IMG/VR virus record: IMGVR_UViG_2791355159_000004
Location: 1 to 64,000 of that record
DNA from: a virus
Taxonomy: Duplodnaviria > Caudoviricetes
Strand: one strand, 5' to 3'
Length of the DNA: 64,000 nucleotides
This document shows positions 19,724-29,733 of the stretch, piece after piece. Below the pieces are notes generated by a model. That model worked only from the letters and a program-made list of their open reading frames with translations. It did no database searches and was not told the DNA's origin. Position numbers and translations under genes: made by a program. Every line of letters begins with the position of its first letter. Position 1 is the first letter of the stretch.

Positions 19724-22280
19724 TCTTGTCGTAAATCTTGGGGCTGAGACTGCCCGGTTTCACGAGCAGATGGGCCGGGTCGAACGTCAGCTGAAAAACG
19801 CGGGGCAGCAGGCCGGGCGCGCTGCGCAGCAGGTTTCCTCCGTTTCGCGCGCTGAAGTGCAGGCCACGCAGGCAAAAGCCCGTTTTCTCAGCCAGCTCAA
19901 GGCACAGCTGGCCACACAACGGCTTTCACGTGAAGAGATGCTGAGAACGCGCGCGGCACAGCTGGGGCTGGGCGATGCGGCGGAAATCTATATCCGTAAG
20001 CTGGAGTCGGCCCGTCAGAAAACACACTCTCTGGGACTGGCGAGCGCGTCGGCGCGGCGCGAGCTGGGCGTGTTGTTTGGCGAAATGGCGCGGGGCAATT
20101 TTGGCGCACTTCGTGGCTCAGGCATTACGCTTGCGAATAATGCCGGATGGATAGAAAAGCTGATGACCCTGCGCGGTCTGAGCATAGCCGGGATGGTGGG
20201 CGGTATTGCCGCTGCTGTCTGGGGACTGGGGAAAGCCTGGTATCAGGGCAGTCAGGAAGCTGAGGCCTTTAACAGGAATCTTATCCTCACCGGCCACTAT
20301 GCCGCCCGGACAACCTCAGCGCTACAGGCGATGAGCCGCTCTCTGACGGGCAACGGTATTACGCAGCATGAAGCGGCTTCTGTGCTGGCGGAAGTCACTG
20401 GCTCGGGTTTATTTAATGGGCAGCACCTCCGGCAGGTCGCTGACGTCGCGGCCCGTCTCAAAACTGTAACCGGTCAGGCTACCGAAGAAACTATCCGACA
20501 GTTTGCGCGGCTTCAGGACACGCCCGTCGCTGCCGTCCGGGAGCTGGATAAATCCCTGCACTTTCTGACGGCGACTGAACTGGAAAACATCACCCGCCTG
20601 GCAGAACAGGGGCGTGAAGCCGATGCGGCAGCTCTGGCTATGGATCGTTACGCTGAAACCCTGCGTCATCGCAGCGACGATGTGGCACAGCATCTGGGAA
20701 CGCTGGAGAAAACCTGGAAATGGCTGGGGGAGACGGCGGCGGGTGCCTGGGATGCCATGCTGGGCATCGGCCGGGAACGGTCGCTGGAAGAGCAGATTGC
20801 TGCCCTGAGAGAGAAGTTAAACGCGGGTGGAAAGGCCCTGGGCAAAGCCTGGATACCTGTCACGCAGCAGGACAGGGACAGGCTTTCCCGGCTGGAAGAA
20901 CAGAAGTTTCAACATGACCTGAAGGCCGCCCGCGATAAAGCAGATCAGGATGCGGAAATCCGTAAAAAGCGCCGTTTCGATGCTGACCAGACCCTGAAAA
21001 AACAGTACGAAACGGAAGAGGAAAAGCATCAGCGCGCGCTGTCAGTTATCCGCCATTCATGGGCATCCCGTGAGGTTAAAGAGGAGGCGATGCGCCGTGA
21101 AAAACAGCGCTATGACACGCTTGTCGCAGGCCGCCGAAAACGGCGGGACGCACATCAGCCGTCGGCGGCTGCCCTTGCAGGCGAAAAGGCGCAGGCTGAC
21201 ATGCTGGCGCTACAGGCCCGGCTTCACGCTCTGAAGACGCATCAGGAAGCAGGTATTGTCAGCCAGCAGCGTAAAGAGCTCTGGGCCTCCCAGGCGAAAT
21301 TTCATGTTCTTGAGGAAGCCGCACAAAAACGCCAGCTGACCCATGAGGAAAAATCCCTGCTTGCCGGTAAAGCCAGCGTCCTGCTTCAGCAGGAAAAACT
21401 GGCCATGCTGGGGGATGAAGTTGCGCTTCAGGAACGCATGAATCAGCTTCAGGTGCAGGCTGGAAAATTTACGGAGCAGCAGCGCACGCGGCAGGCGGAA
21501 ATTGCGGCGCTTGAACACGGCCTGTCGGCACGGGAGGCGCAGCAGCATGCCAGCGTTACCCGACTCAGCGCCACTTATGCAGAGGCGCCAGATGTACTTG
21601 CTGCAGTGTTAAAAGCACAGCAAAAAACCTGGCAGGCGGAAGAAAAGCTGCGGGCTGACTGGCTGGCGGGAGCAAAAAGCGCATGGGCTGAGTACCGTGA
21701 TGCGGCGCTTGATGCCAACAGCCAGATAAAACAGGCTTCGTCCAGGGCGCTTGACGGGTTAAGCACACAGCTGAGTGCTCTTCTGACGGACGGTAAGGCA
21801 GGTTTTCGCGACTTTACCCGAAACGTTCTGAGCATGCTCACCCAGATCCTGGTGAAAATGACGCTGGTCAGGGGCGTGGATTTTTTCGCCGGACTGCTTA
21901 AGCAACATGCGTTGTCATTTCATGCGCAGGGCGGTGTTTTTCATTCTCAGGATCTTCATGCCTTCAGCGGAAGCGTGATCCGGACGCCTACGCTGTTTGC
22001 GTTTGCCCATGGTGCCGGCGTCATGGGAGAGGCCGGGCCGGAAGGTATCTTTCCACTACGTCGCGGTGCCGACGGTAAGCTGGGTGTGGTGGCCCGGATG
22101 ACAGGAGCCGGCCTGAAATACGCACCCGTCTTTAATGTCACCATTCACAATGACGGCCGTAACGGGCAGCTCGGGCCGGAGGCCGCAAGAATGATGTATG
22201 AGCTGGGGCGTCAGGGCGCGAAAGATTTCTTCCTTCAGCAGCAGCGTGACGGCGGCATGATGAGCGGAGGCCGGGTCTGA
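19704..22280 (+). CDS. H: tape measure protein H, lambda family
   Basis: 858 aa; DLVVNL N-terminus and GVMGEAGPEGIFPL C-terminus. Confidence 0.92.
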   Translation: MSQQIADLVVNLGAETARFHEQMGRVERQLKNAGQQAGRAAQQVSSVSRAEVQATQAKARFLSQLKAQLATQRLSREEMLRTRAAQLGLGDAAEIYIRKLESARQKTHSLGLASASARRELGVLFGEMARGNFGALRGSGITLANNAGWIEKLMTLRGLSIAGMVGGIAAAVWGLGKAWYQGSQEAEAFNRNLILTGHYAARTTSALQAMSRSLTGNGITQHEAASVLAEVTGSGLFNGQHLRQVADVAARLKTVTGQATEETIRQFARLQDTPVAAVRELDKSLHFLTATELENITRLAEQGREADAAALAMDRYAETLRHRSDDVAQHLGTLEKTWKWLGETAAGAWDAMLGIGRERSLEEQIAALREKLNAGGKALGKAWIPVTQQDRDRLSRLEEQKFQHDLKAARDKADQDAEIRKKRRFDADQTLKKQYETEEEKHQRALSVIRHSWASREVKEEAMRREKQRYDTLVAGRRKRRDAHQPSAAALAGEKAQADMLALQARLHALKTHQEAGIVSQQRKELWASQAKFHVLEEAAQKRQLTHEEKSLLAGKASVLLQQEKLAMLGDEVALQERMNQLQVQAGKFTEQQRTRQAEIAALEHGLSAREAQQHASVTRLSATYAEAPDVLAAVLKAQQKTWQAEEKLRADWLAGAKSAWAEYRDAALDANSQIKQASSRALDGLSTQLSALLTDGKAGFRDFTRNVLSMLTQILVKMTLVRGVDFFAGLLKQHALSFHAQGGVFHSQDLHAFSGSVIRTPTLFAFAHGAGVMGEAGPEGIFPLRRGADGKLGVVARMTGAGLKYAPVFNVTIHNDGRNGQLGPEAARMMYELGRQGAKDFFLQQQRDGGMMSGGRV

Positions 22281-22609
22281 TGGAATCATTTAACTGGAAG
22301 ATCCGGCCGGGTATGCGTGCCGAGCGAGAGCCACGTGTGCAGACAATCCGGTTTGGTGACGGGTATGAGCAGCGGCGCGCAGATGGCCTGAATGTTCTTC
22401 AGAGCCGCTACGCCATTATGCTGTCCGGACCTCACGCCACGATGCAGGCGGTGGAGAACTTCCTTATCCGGCACAGCGGTGTCAGAGCCTTTCTGTGGCA
22501 ACCGCCGGGCCAGCCCGATCCTGCCGTCTTTGTCTGCCGACGCTGGTCGGCGGTGCGTCTGGCGAGGCGCACGGAAATAACCGGCGAATTTGAACAGGTC
22601 CCCGCCTGA
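22280..22609 (+). CDS. M: minor tail protein M
   Basis: FGDGYEQR...AFLWQPP. Confidence 0.9.
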   Translation: MESFNWKIRPGMRAEREPRVQTIRFGDGYEQRRADGLNVLQSRYAIMLSGPHATMQAVENFLIRHSGVRAFLWQPPGQPDPAVFVCRRWSAVRLARRTEITGEFEQVPA

Positions 22610-22619
22610 GGTAACAGCG

Positions 22620-23321
22620 ATGAACACCATTCCTTCTCAAATGCTGAGTGAACTGACCCGGACAGAGCCGTCTGCCCGTATTGACCTGTGGGAAGCGGAT
22701 CTGACCGCAACAGGCGGTAAACGTTACTTCTTCTGCAATGAACAGAATGAACTCGGAAAAGCGGTTATCTGGCAGAAACGTCGCTACCGGCCTTATCCCG
22801 TCAGGATGGAAGAGTGTGGCATGAGTGGGCGAGGCCCGGCTGCGCGTCCGTCAGTTGTTGTCTCAAACCTGTATGGTATCGTGACCGGCCTGGCCGAGGC
22901 GCACCAGAGCCTGGTGGGTGCCGCTGTGATACGGCGAACGGTCTGTGCCCGGTTTCTGGACGCAGAGAATTTCAGGCGTGGTAATCCGGACGCCGATCCG
23001 CAGCAGGAAGTGGTCAGCCGTTATGTTATTGAACAGCTGGCGGAACTGACGTCACTGACGGCGAGATTTATTCTGGCCGTGCCGACAGAAACCGAAGGGT
23101 TACTCTGCCCGGGCCGCATCATGCTGTCTGACCTTTGCCCATGGGAATACCGCTCAGCAGACTGTGGGTACACCGGGCCGGCAATTGCAGACAGCAACGG
23201 ACACCCCGTCAAGGATGCCGCTCAGGATCACTGTGGCAACTGTGCGGCAGGTTGCCGGCTTCGTCATAACACCAGGCGCTTCGGCGGGTTTCTCTCGCTG
23301 AATACGTACTCAGCAGAATGA
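22620..23321 (+). CDS. L: minor tail protein L
   Basis: ARFLDAENF motif and C-terminal Cys cluster (CPWEYR..C...C...C). Confidence 0.9.
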   Translation: MNTIPSQMLSELTRTEPSARIDLWEADLTATGGKRYFFCNEQNELGKAVIWQKRRYRPYPVRMEECGMSGRGPAARPSVVVSNLYGIVTGLAEAHQSLVGAAVIRRTVCARFLDAENFRRGNPDADPQQEVVSRYVIEQLAELTSLTARFILAVPTETEGLLCPGRIMLSDLCPWEYRSADCGYTGPAIADSNGHPVKDAAQDHCGNCAAGCRLRHNTRRFGGFLSLNTYSAE

Positions 23322-23677
23322 CGTACGCCTGTAGCGCAGCGACAATCGGGCGTCTCTCCGAAGATATCTTCGCCCACGCCCGGGCCTGTCATCCGCAGGA
23401 GTGCTGCGGTCTGGTCATCCTGACACCGGACGACTGTCAGTATCGGCCCTGCATTAACACTTCCCCTGAGCCACACCGGCATTTTCTGATCACCCCTGAA
23501 GATTACCTGAGTGCCTCTGCCGCCGGCACGATTATCGCGCTGGTTCACAGCCATCCTGATGGGCCACCTGAACTGAGCCCTGCGGATAAAGCCGCCATGA
23601 GACACAGCGCCTGCAGCTGGTGGCTGGTGTGCGGTGACAGCATTTATCGCTTTGGAGATGAAAATGAGCTCACCTGA
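23318..23677 (+). CDS. K: tail assembly protein K, truncated (JAB domain only)
   Basis: ECCGL and VHSHP...S.AD JAB motifs; no NlpC/P60 domain before gene I. Confidence 0.75.
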   Translation: MTYACSAATIGRLSEDIFAHARACHPQECCGLVILTPDDCQYRPCINTSPEPHRHFLITPEDYLSASAAGTIIALVHSHPDGPPELSPADKAAMRHSACSWWLVCGDSIYRFGDENELT

Positions 23678-24317
23678 ATATTCATCTGAAAGGGCCCGGC
23701 CGGTTCGGGTGTGTCTGTACGGCAACCTCGGCAGGTCTGGCAGGCGCATTGATCTGCATGTGAGGACTGCGGCAGAAGCGCTGCATGCGCTGGTGATGCA
23801 GTCCGGTGAGTTCAGGCGTCAGTTCAGCGAAGGGCTTTATCAGGTGCGTATTGCCGGCAGCGATCTTGATACTGGCAACCTGCATGCCCGCCTGCATGAA
23901 AAGCTACCGTCCGGCGCAGTTGTCCATCTGGTTCCCCGGCTGCAGGGCGCTTCCCGGCGGGGCCTGCTTCAGTTGTTTGCAGGTGCCGCGCTCATCGCGG
24001 CGTCATTTATTCCGGGTCTGAATGCTTTTGCCTGGACGGTGGGCGCGACAACGCTTTCGCTGAGCGGGGCGGCTTTTTCGCTGGGGGCCAGCCTGATGCT
24101 GGGCGGAGCCGCTCAGCTGCTGGCTCCACGACCTGCGGGTGCAGATACCAGGGATAACAAAAGCACCTGGTTTTCAGGCACAGAAAACATGATGGCTCAG
24201 GGCGCGCCGGTACCAGTACTGTATGGAGAAATGCGGGTGGGGTCACGCGTAATTTCTCAGGAGATTTCCACCCGGGATATGAGCGGGGAAGGAAAGGTGA
24301 TTATTATCGGATACTGA
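23634..24317 (+). CDS. I: tail assembly protein I
   Basis: LYG.L...TAAEAL and QGAPVPVLYGEMRVGSRVIS. Confidence 0.9.
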   Translation: MTAFIALEMKMSSPEYSSERARPVRVCLYGNLGRSGRRIDLHVRTAAEALHALVMQSGEFRRQFSEGLYQVRIAGSDLDTGNLHARLHEKLPSGAVVHLVPRLQGASRRGLLQLFAGAALIAASFIPGLNAFAWTVGATTLSLSGAAFSLGASLMLGGAAQLLAPRPAGADTRDNKSTWFSGTENMMAQGAPVPVLYGEMRVGSRVISQEISTRDMSGEGKVIIIGY

Positions 24318-24469
24318 CATTAAGAGAATAAATAAGCGTTTTTTTATTACATCATTATTAGTTAATTGACTGTATTTAATTATAAAATTTGAAAAACGAA
24401 GCATGATGCTATTGCTGATAACTGACAGGATTTAAAACTAGTCAAAGCAGGTAGCCCACTAAGGTGGGC

Positions 24470-25018
24470 TCAATGTACACTTTTATTTTCGATAGATTGA
24501 CTGAAGTCCATTGTGCTTTGTATAGGAGCCGGTTCTATTGATGACAATGTGAATACAGGAATTTTGAGATGCTTACATCTCTCATGTACACCTTTATCAT
24601 GAGTCCAGACTTCATCAACACCAATCGCAATGGCTATGGCAATGATTTGTCTATCAAATTTTATTTTGTTAGCCGTTCCCTCTGTGCTGATTTTTTTTAA
24701 CTCCTGAAGTGTTGGTAATGACGCACATTCAATTGCAGCAAGCTCATCAAAAGGAGCAGTTTCAAAACAAGAAACAGATCTAATAATATTTAATCTTTCT
24801 TGTTGATGATTCTTATGTATGCCTACCAAATATTCAGCTAATACTGGGGTAGGCACAATTATCGTACCGTTTAAGCTTTCGATTCTGTCAAGCAAAGCTT
24901 CAGCTCTTCTTTTAACATCTTTAATTTGAGAACCTAAAACAGGATCGGACATTCTGTAATCATTTTCAATGTCTGACAGCAAAGGAACTAAAATATTGGT
25001 ATCTAAAATTACTCGCAA
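24470..25018 (-). CDS. PIN-domain ribonuclease (copy 1)
   Basis: ILDTN, PTPVLAEY, FDRQIIAIA and WTHDKG supply the acidic PIN tetrad. The TTG start overlaps the upstream gene by 10 bp. Confidence 0.85.
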   Translation of the reverse strand: MRVILDTNILVPLLSDIENDYRMSDPVLGSQIKDVKRRAEALLDRIESLNGTIIVPTPVLAEYLVGIHKNHQQERLNIIRSVSCFETAPFDELAAIECASLPTLQELKKISTEGTANKIKFDRQIIAIAIAIGVDEVWTHDKGVHERCKHLKIPVFTLSSIEPAPIQSTMDFSQSIENKSVH

Positions 25019-25725
25019 TTTATTACCCTCATCGTCTTGAGGAGAGAATCAGCATCTTCTTCTTCTGACCACTGGTCCCCAGGTGCTTGTTTAATAGAGC
25101 TGATTGCATCCCTGAGCGATGTCTTCTTTAGCAACGTAAAGGAAGCAATTTTCATTTTTTTTAACTCCCATTTACCCTCTCTTTTTTCCCAATTACTCTC
25201 TCCTTTTACTCTTATATTTTTGAAGAGATGTGAGCCTAAAGATGAAGCTAGTTCGGGAGTAGCCTCACACTTGAAGGTTTCCCCATTAGGGCCTTCAATT
25301 CGAACAGGAATAGAGTCATCTTTACCACCAACGCTATAAAGCCTCCCTTGGATCTCAGCAACTTTAGTTACATATAGGGGCATGTCTTTTTTTATCGTTG
25401 GGAAAGAAATGATAACAGTGTCGTTACGATCAAGCAGCTTTCCGACAAAACCATCCTGTTCAAGTAAATTTGTTAGCCTTTGGTACGAGGAGCCATTGTT
25501 CTGTGCAGCCAGAGTCGCTTTAGTAATTACAGCATTGTAAGAAATGTCATTATCAACCCATGCATTTAAATCGGCAGAGCCTTCGCTTACCGAATCAAAA
25601 TGTACAGCCTCCACGGAACCATAAAAATCCGTAAGCGCAGCCATATACTTAACCAGCTTAGCCATAGGCAATTTGCTTGGGCTGGTACCGTCAAGTTTTA
25701 AAGTGAGAGCATTGGGTTTTTTCAT
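25009..25725 (-). CDS. 238-aa hypothetical partner of the PIN gene (copy 1)
   Basis: AT-rich ORF, clearly homologous to 36896-37612. Confidence 0.85.
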   Translation of the reverse strand: MKKPNALTLKLDGTSPSKLPMAKLVKYMAALTDFYGSVEAVHFDSVSEGSADLNAWVDNDISYNAVITKATLAAQNNGSSYQRLTNLLEQDGFVGKLLDRNDTVIISFPTIKKDMPLYVTKVAEIQGRLYSVGGKDDSIPVRIEGPNGETFKCEATPELASSLGSHLFKNIRVKGESNWEKREGKWELKKMKIASFTLLKKTSLRDAISSIKQAPGDQWSEEEDADSLLKTMRVINCE

Positions 25726-26109
25726 TAATCTTTACACAACATCATAGGATCCTGTTTTCAGTATAACCCTAAACATCAGCCTTAAAGCTCATCATTCTTT
25801 GACATACAACTCTCAACTGAAAGCTGGGAGGTTAACCGGCCCTTCGACGATTACTCTTTAAGATTCATCCTAGCCTGGCTTTGCTCGCCCGCCCATCCTG
25901 ATAGATGAACAGTACTTTTTTATCATGGCGAATAGGACGGTTTATGCTGACAGAAGAAGTGCCTGTCTAAGTGAACAAGCTGCACTATCAACTCTGTCTT
26001 GTTCGCAGTGAGCGCAGGCAGAGAGAATTGAACAAGAAACACTGACACCTTCTCCCCGAACACCATAACCCGCTTAACTGCGGTTTTTTTATTTGTACAG
26101 AGGAAAGCA

Positions 26110-29100
26110 ATGCACATTTTTCATCACCATGCACAAACGCCGCATGACAAACCTGACAACCTTCGCTCCTCTCAGGTACTGAGCGTAATGGATGTTGTCA
26201 GCGAAGGCCCCGTTGCCGGTCTTGTTGACGGTTTAAAAAGCGTGCTGATTAACGGCACGCCTGTGCTTGGGCCGGACGGACAGGTGAACGTGCAGGGCGT
26301 CAGTATGCACTTTCATGCCGGAACGGCGGATCAGCCACCGCTGAGCGGATTTGAGGCATCAGCCCGGGAAAAGCTGATCAATGCTGACGTGACCGCGCAA
26401 TATGCCGTCACGCGCACGGTGGATGGAAAGGAAACAGACCGGCTTCGCCTGACGCTGGGCGTTCGCCAGCTATTCTCGGTCAACAAAAAAGGCGAAACGC
26501 AGGATGCGTCAGTCACCCTGCGAATTCTTATCCGGCATCCTGCAGGCTGGAAAACGGAAAAAGACATTACCGTGAAGGGACGTACGCACGAGCCATTTGC
26601 GTTTTCGGTGATCCTTGAAGACCTGCCAGCTGCGCCGTTTGACGTTCGCGTAACGCGTATTACGCCTGACAGCACCGGTAACCGGCTGTTCAATAAGACC
26701 TTCTGGTCATCATATACAGAAATCACCGATGTCCGGCAATGCTATCTCCATACGGCCGTGACGGGCCTGAAAATTGACTCAGAGAAATCGGGCAATCAGC
26801 GAGCGGAGCGTAATTACCTGATGCGGGGGCGCCTGGTCAGGGTGCCGGCAAATTATGACCCGGTGACGCGCCGCTATGCCGGAGAACGCTGGAATGGCGA
26901 GTTCAAAGAAGCCTGGACGGACAACCCGGCCTGGTGCCTGTATGACCTGCTGATGCACCCACGCTATGGTCTGGGTCAACGAATGGGTATTGCAGATGCA
27001 GACAAGTGGGCACTGTATAACATTGCCCGCTACTGTGATGAAAAGGTCAGTGATGGCTATGGCGGGCTGGAGCCCCGCATCCGCTGCAACGCGTGGCTGA
27101 CCCGCCAGCGGAAGGCGTTCGATGTGATCGGTGATTTCTGCAGCATGATGCGCTGTATGCCCGTATGGAGCGGCCAGCGTCTGACGTTTATTCAGGATGC
27201 GCCTTCAGATGTTGTCTGGACCTACACCCGTGCCAGCGTGGCCGGCGGCCAGTTCCACTACAGCTTCAGCGCGCTGAAGGATCGCCATAACGCGGTTGAA
27301 GTACGTTTCATCGACCCACACAACAACTGGCAGCCTTCCATAGAGCTGGTGGAAGATCGCGAGGCCATAAAGCGATACGGGCGCAATCTGCTGAAAGTCG
27401 ATGCGTTTGGCTGTACCAGCCGGGGGCAGGCACACCGGACCGGCTTATGGATCATCCAGACCGAACTGCTGGAAACCCAGACCGTTGATTTTTGTGTGGG
27501 GGCAGAAGGGCTGCGTCATATCCCTGGTGATGTGTTCGAAATTTGCGACAACGATTATGCCGGGACCGCGACCGGTGGCCGGATCATTGCAGCAGAGCCT
27601 GAGAAAAAACTACTCAGGCTTGACCAGCCTGTGTCTCTTCCAGAAGAGGGACGTGCCACGCTGAATCTGATGAGTGAGACCGGGCAGCCTGTGACCGTCA
27701 GCGTGACCGGCCATCCTGAACCTGACTGTGTCGAAGTGGACAGCATGCCTGAAGGCATAACGTCATTCAGCGTCTGGGGGCTCAAACTGCCGGGTCTGCG
27801 GCAGCGCCTGTTTCGCTGCGTGGCCATACGTGAAAGCGAAAACGGCGGCTATGCCGTGACCGCACTGCAGCACTGCCCGGAGAAACAGGCGCGAGTGGAC
27901 GAAGGCAGGCGCTTTTCAGAAAACCCGGCCAGCGGGCACGCAATGTTACCGCCCGCTGTCCGGCATCTTCATGTCAGCGTCAGCGCTTCATCCGGCCACA
28001 TTCATGCCATTGCCCGATGGGAAGTTCTGCGGACCTCCGGCAGCGCACACTTTGATGTACGGGTCACTCGTGGCCATGATGCCACGGGATATCTGGTTTT
28101 CAGCCACACAACGGATCGGCCTGAATGTGCGTTCACTCTGCCAGAAAGGGGAAGCTATACGCTGAGCGTCAGTTCAGTCAATGAGGCCGGGCAGAAAAGC
28201 GAACCTGCCTCTGCCGGTATTACGGTTGCTGCACCTGAGGCTCCCGTATCCATTGACGTCACACCCGGCTATTTCCAGGTCACGCTGGTGCCACATCAGG
28301 CCGTTTATGATGCCACTGTACGTTATGAATTCTGGTATGCCGGAACCCGGCTCGCTGACGCGCAACAGGCCGAATCTCAGGCGCAGTATCTTGGAGAAGG
28401 ACGCTGCTGGATAAAAGACGGCCTCATGCCGGGCAATGTTCACTACTTCTATATCCGCAGCGTAAACGCGCTCGGCAAATCTGCTTTTACCGAACAGGCC
28501 GCCAGGCCGAGCGATAAAGCGGAAGACTATCTGGCGTTTTATAAGGGGAAAATCAGCGACACACATCTTGGCCAGAGCTTACTGACAAAAATGGAGCAGC
28601 TGTCAGAGGGCGCCACAAAAATCGGGAAAATTGAAAAGAGCTGGAAAGACACGGAAGGGCGGCTGAATTCGCAATGGTCGGTCAGACTTGAGCAGATGAA
28701 AAATGGTCAGTACTGCATGGCTGGCTTTGGCATGGGGATTGAGGAAAAACCGGAGGGGATGCAGAGTCAGATCCTGATGGCAGCCGATCGTGTGGCGTTT
28801 GTGAACACGGAGAACGGAAACACCGTACCCGCACTGGTTATTGAGCATAATGATATCTACTTTCGTGAAGCACTTATTAAGCATCTGCGTGCGGTCAGTC
28901 TCATCAGCAGTGGATCACCTCCATCATTCAGCCTGACACCAGACGGCAGGCTGTCAGCAAAAAAAGCCGACATCAGCGGTACCTTACGGGCAACGTCGGG
29001 TGAGCTTGAGAACGTCACGATTAAAGACAGCTGCACCATTGAAGGTGTACTGGATGCAAAACAGATAACAGGTGACATTTATAATGTTCAGTCAGGTGGA

Positions 29101-29526
29101 GTGCGGTTACCCGAAGGCGCTTTCAGCTGGTCCGACAAAGAAGGAGAACATGTTCTGTTCAGAATTGCTGGCGAGTCATTTGACCGTATTCTGGATACAA
29201 ATCTGACTCTGATGGCTCAGTGCCGTAGAAAACGGCAGCAGTTTAAGTTAATCATCCGGCATCATCATTATCAAAACGAAATATATAAAGATGTCCAGCT
29301 CGCTTACGCGGATACCGGTAATAAGGGACATGCCCCAGGCATGAGTTACAAAATAAACGGAATAAACCTGCCGGCGATCGGCCGGTCGCATGTGCACGAG
29401 TTGATTGTGTACGTAGGTAACAGTAAAAGGTTTGGCCGTGTCTGGTGCTATCTTCCCCCTGGCGAGGCACCAAAATTTACGGCCTATCGCGCAGGACGCT
29501 CATTTGTTACCAGCGGGGAAGTGTAA
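26110..29526 (+). CDS. J: tail tip / host-specificity protein J
   Basis: DNL.S.Q.L...D..SEGP, AWTDNPAWCLYD and GCTSRGQAHR. Confidence 0.95.
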   Translation: MHIFHHHAQTPHDKPDNLRSSQVLSVMDVVSEGPVAGLVDGLKSVLINGTPVLGPDGQVNVQGVSMHFHAGTADQPPLSGFEASAREKLINADVTAQYAVTRTVDGKETDRLRLTLGVRQLFSVNKKGETQDASVTLRILIRHPAGWKTEKDITVKGRTHEPFAFSVILEDLPAAPFDVRVTRITPDSTGNRLFNKTFWSSYTEITDVRQCYLHTAVTGLKIDSEKSGNQRAERNYLMRGRLVRVPANYDPVTRRYAGERWNGEFKEAWTDNPAWCLYDLLMHPRYGLGQRMGIADADKWALYNIARYCDEKVSDGYGGLEPRIRCNAWLTRQRKAFDVIGDFCSMMRCMPVWSGQRLTFIQDAPSDVVWTYTRASVAGGQFHYSFSALKDRHNAVEVRFIDPHNNWQPSIELVEDREAIKRYGRNLLKVDAFGCTSRGQAHRTGLWIIQTELLETQTVDFCVGAEGLRHIPGDVFEICDNDYAGTATGGRIIAAEPEKKLLRLDQPVSLPEEGRATLNLMSETGQPVTVSVTGHPEPDCVEVDSMPEGITSFSVWGLKLPGLRQRLFRCVAIRESENGGYAVTALQHCPEKQARVDEGRRFSENPASGHAMLPPAVRHLHVSVSASSGHIHAIARWEVLRTSGSAHFDVRVTRGHDATGYLVFSHTTDRPECAFTLPERGSYTLSVSSVNEAGQKSEPASAGITVAAPEAPVSIDVTPGYFQVTLVPHQAVYDATVRYEFWYAGTRLADAQQAESQAQYLGEGRCWIKDGLMPGNVHYFYIRSVNALGKSAFTEQAARPSDKAEDYLAFYKGKISDTHLGQSLLTKMEQLSEGATKIGKIEKSWKDTEGRLNSQWSVRLEQMKNGQYCMAGFGMGIEEKPEGMQSQILMAADRVAFVNTENGNTVPALVIEHNDIYFREALIKHLRAVSLISSGSPPSFSLTPDGRLSAKKADISGTLRATSGELENVTIKDSCTIEGVLDAKQITGDIYNVQSGGVRLPEGAFSWSDKEGEHVLFRIAGESFDRILDTNLTLMAQCRRKRQQFKLIIRHHHYQNEIYKDVQLAYADTGNKGHAPGMSYKINGINLPAIGRSHVHELIVYVGNSKRFGRVWCYLPPGEAPKFTAYRAGRSFVTSGEV

Positions 29527-29733
29527 TAACCATGCTGAGTAATAACGTTGAATATCCTGACATAGTGGCAGGTTGTTTATGCGAAGGGCTTCAAATCCAG
29601 TTCAGATAAAAGGCTGCCCCGGCAACAAGCACAACGGATGAAATAATATTGAGCGCAATAACAGTGCGAGGTGATACGTCCATTTCTGAAACTCCTTAGA
29701 TGAAGATTCTAAGATTAGCACCTGTATGAAAAT

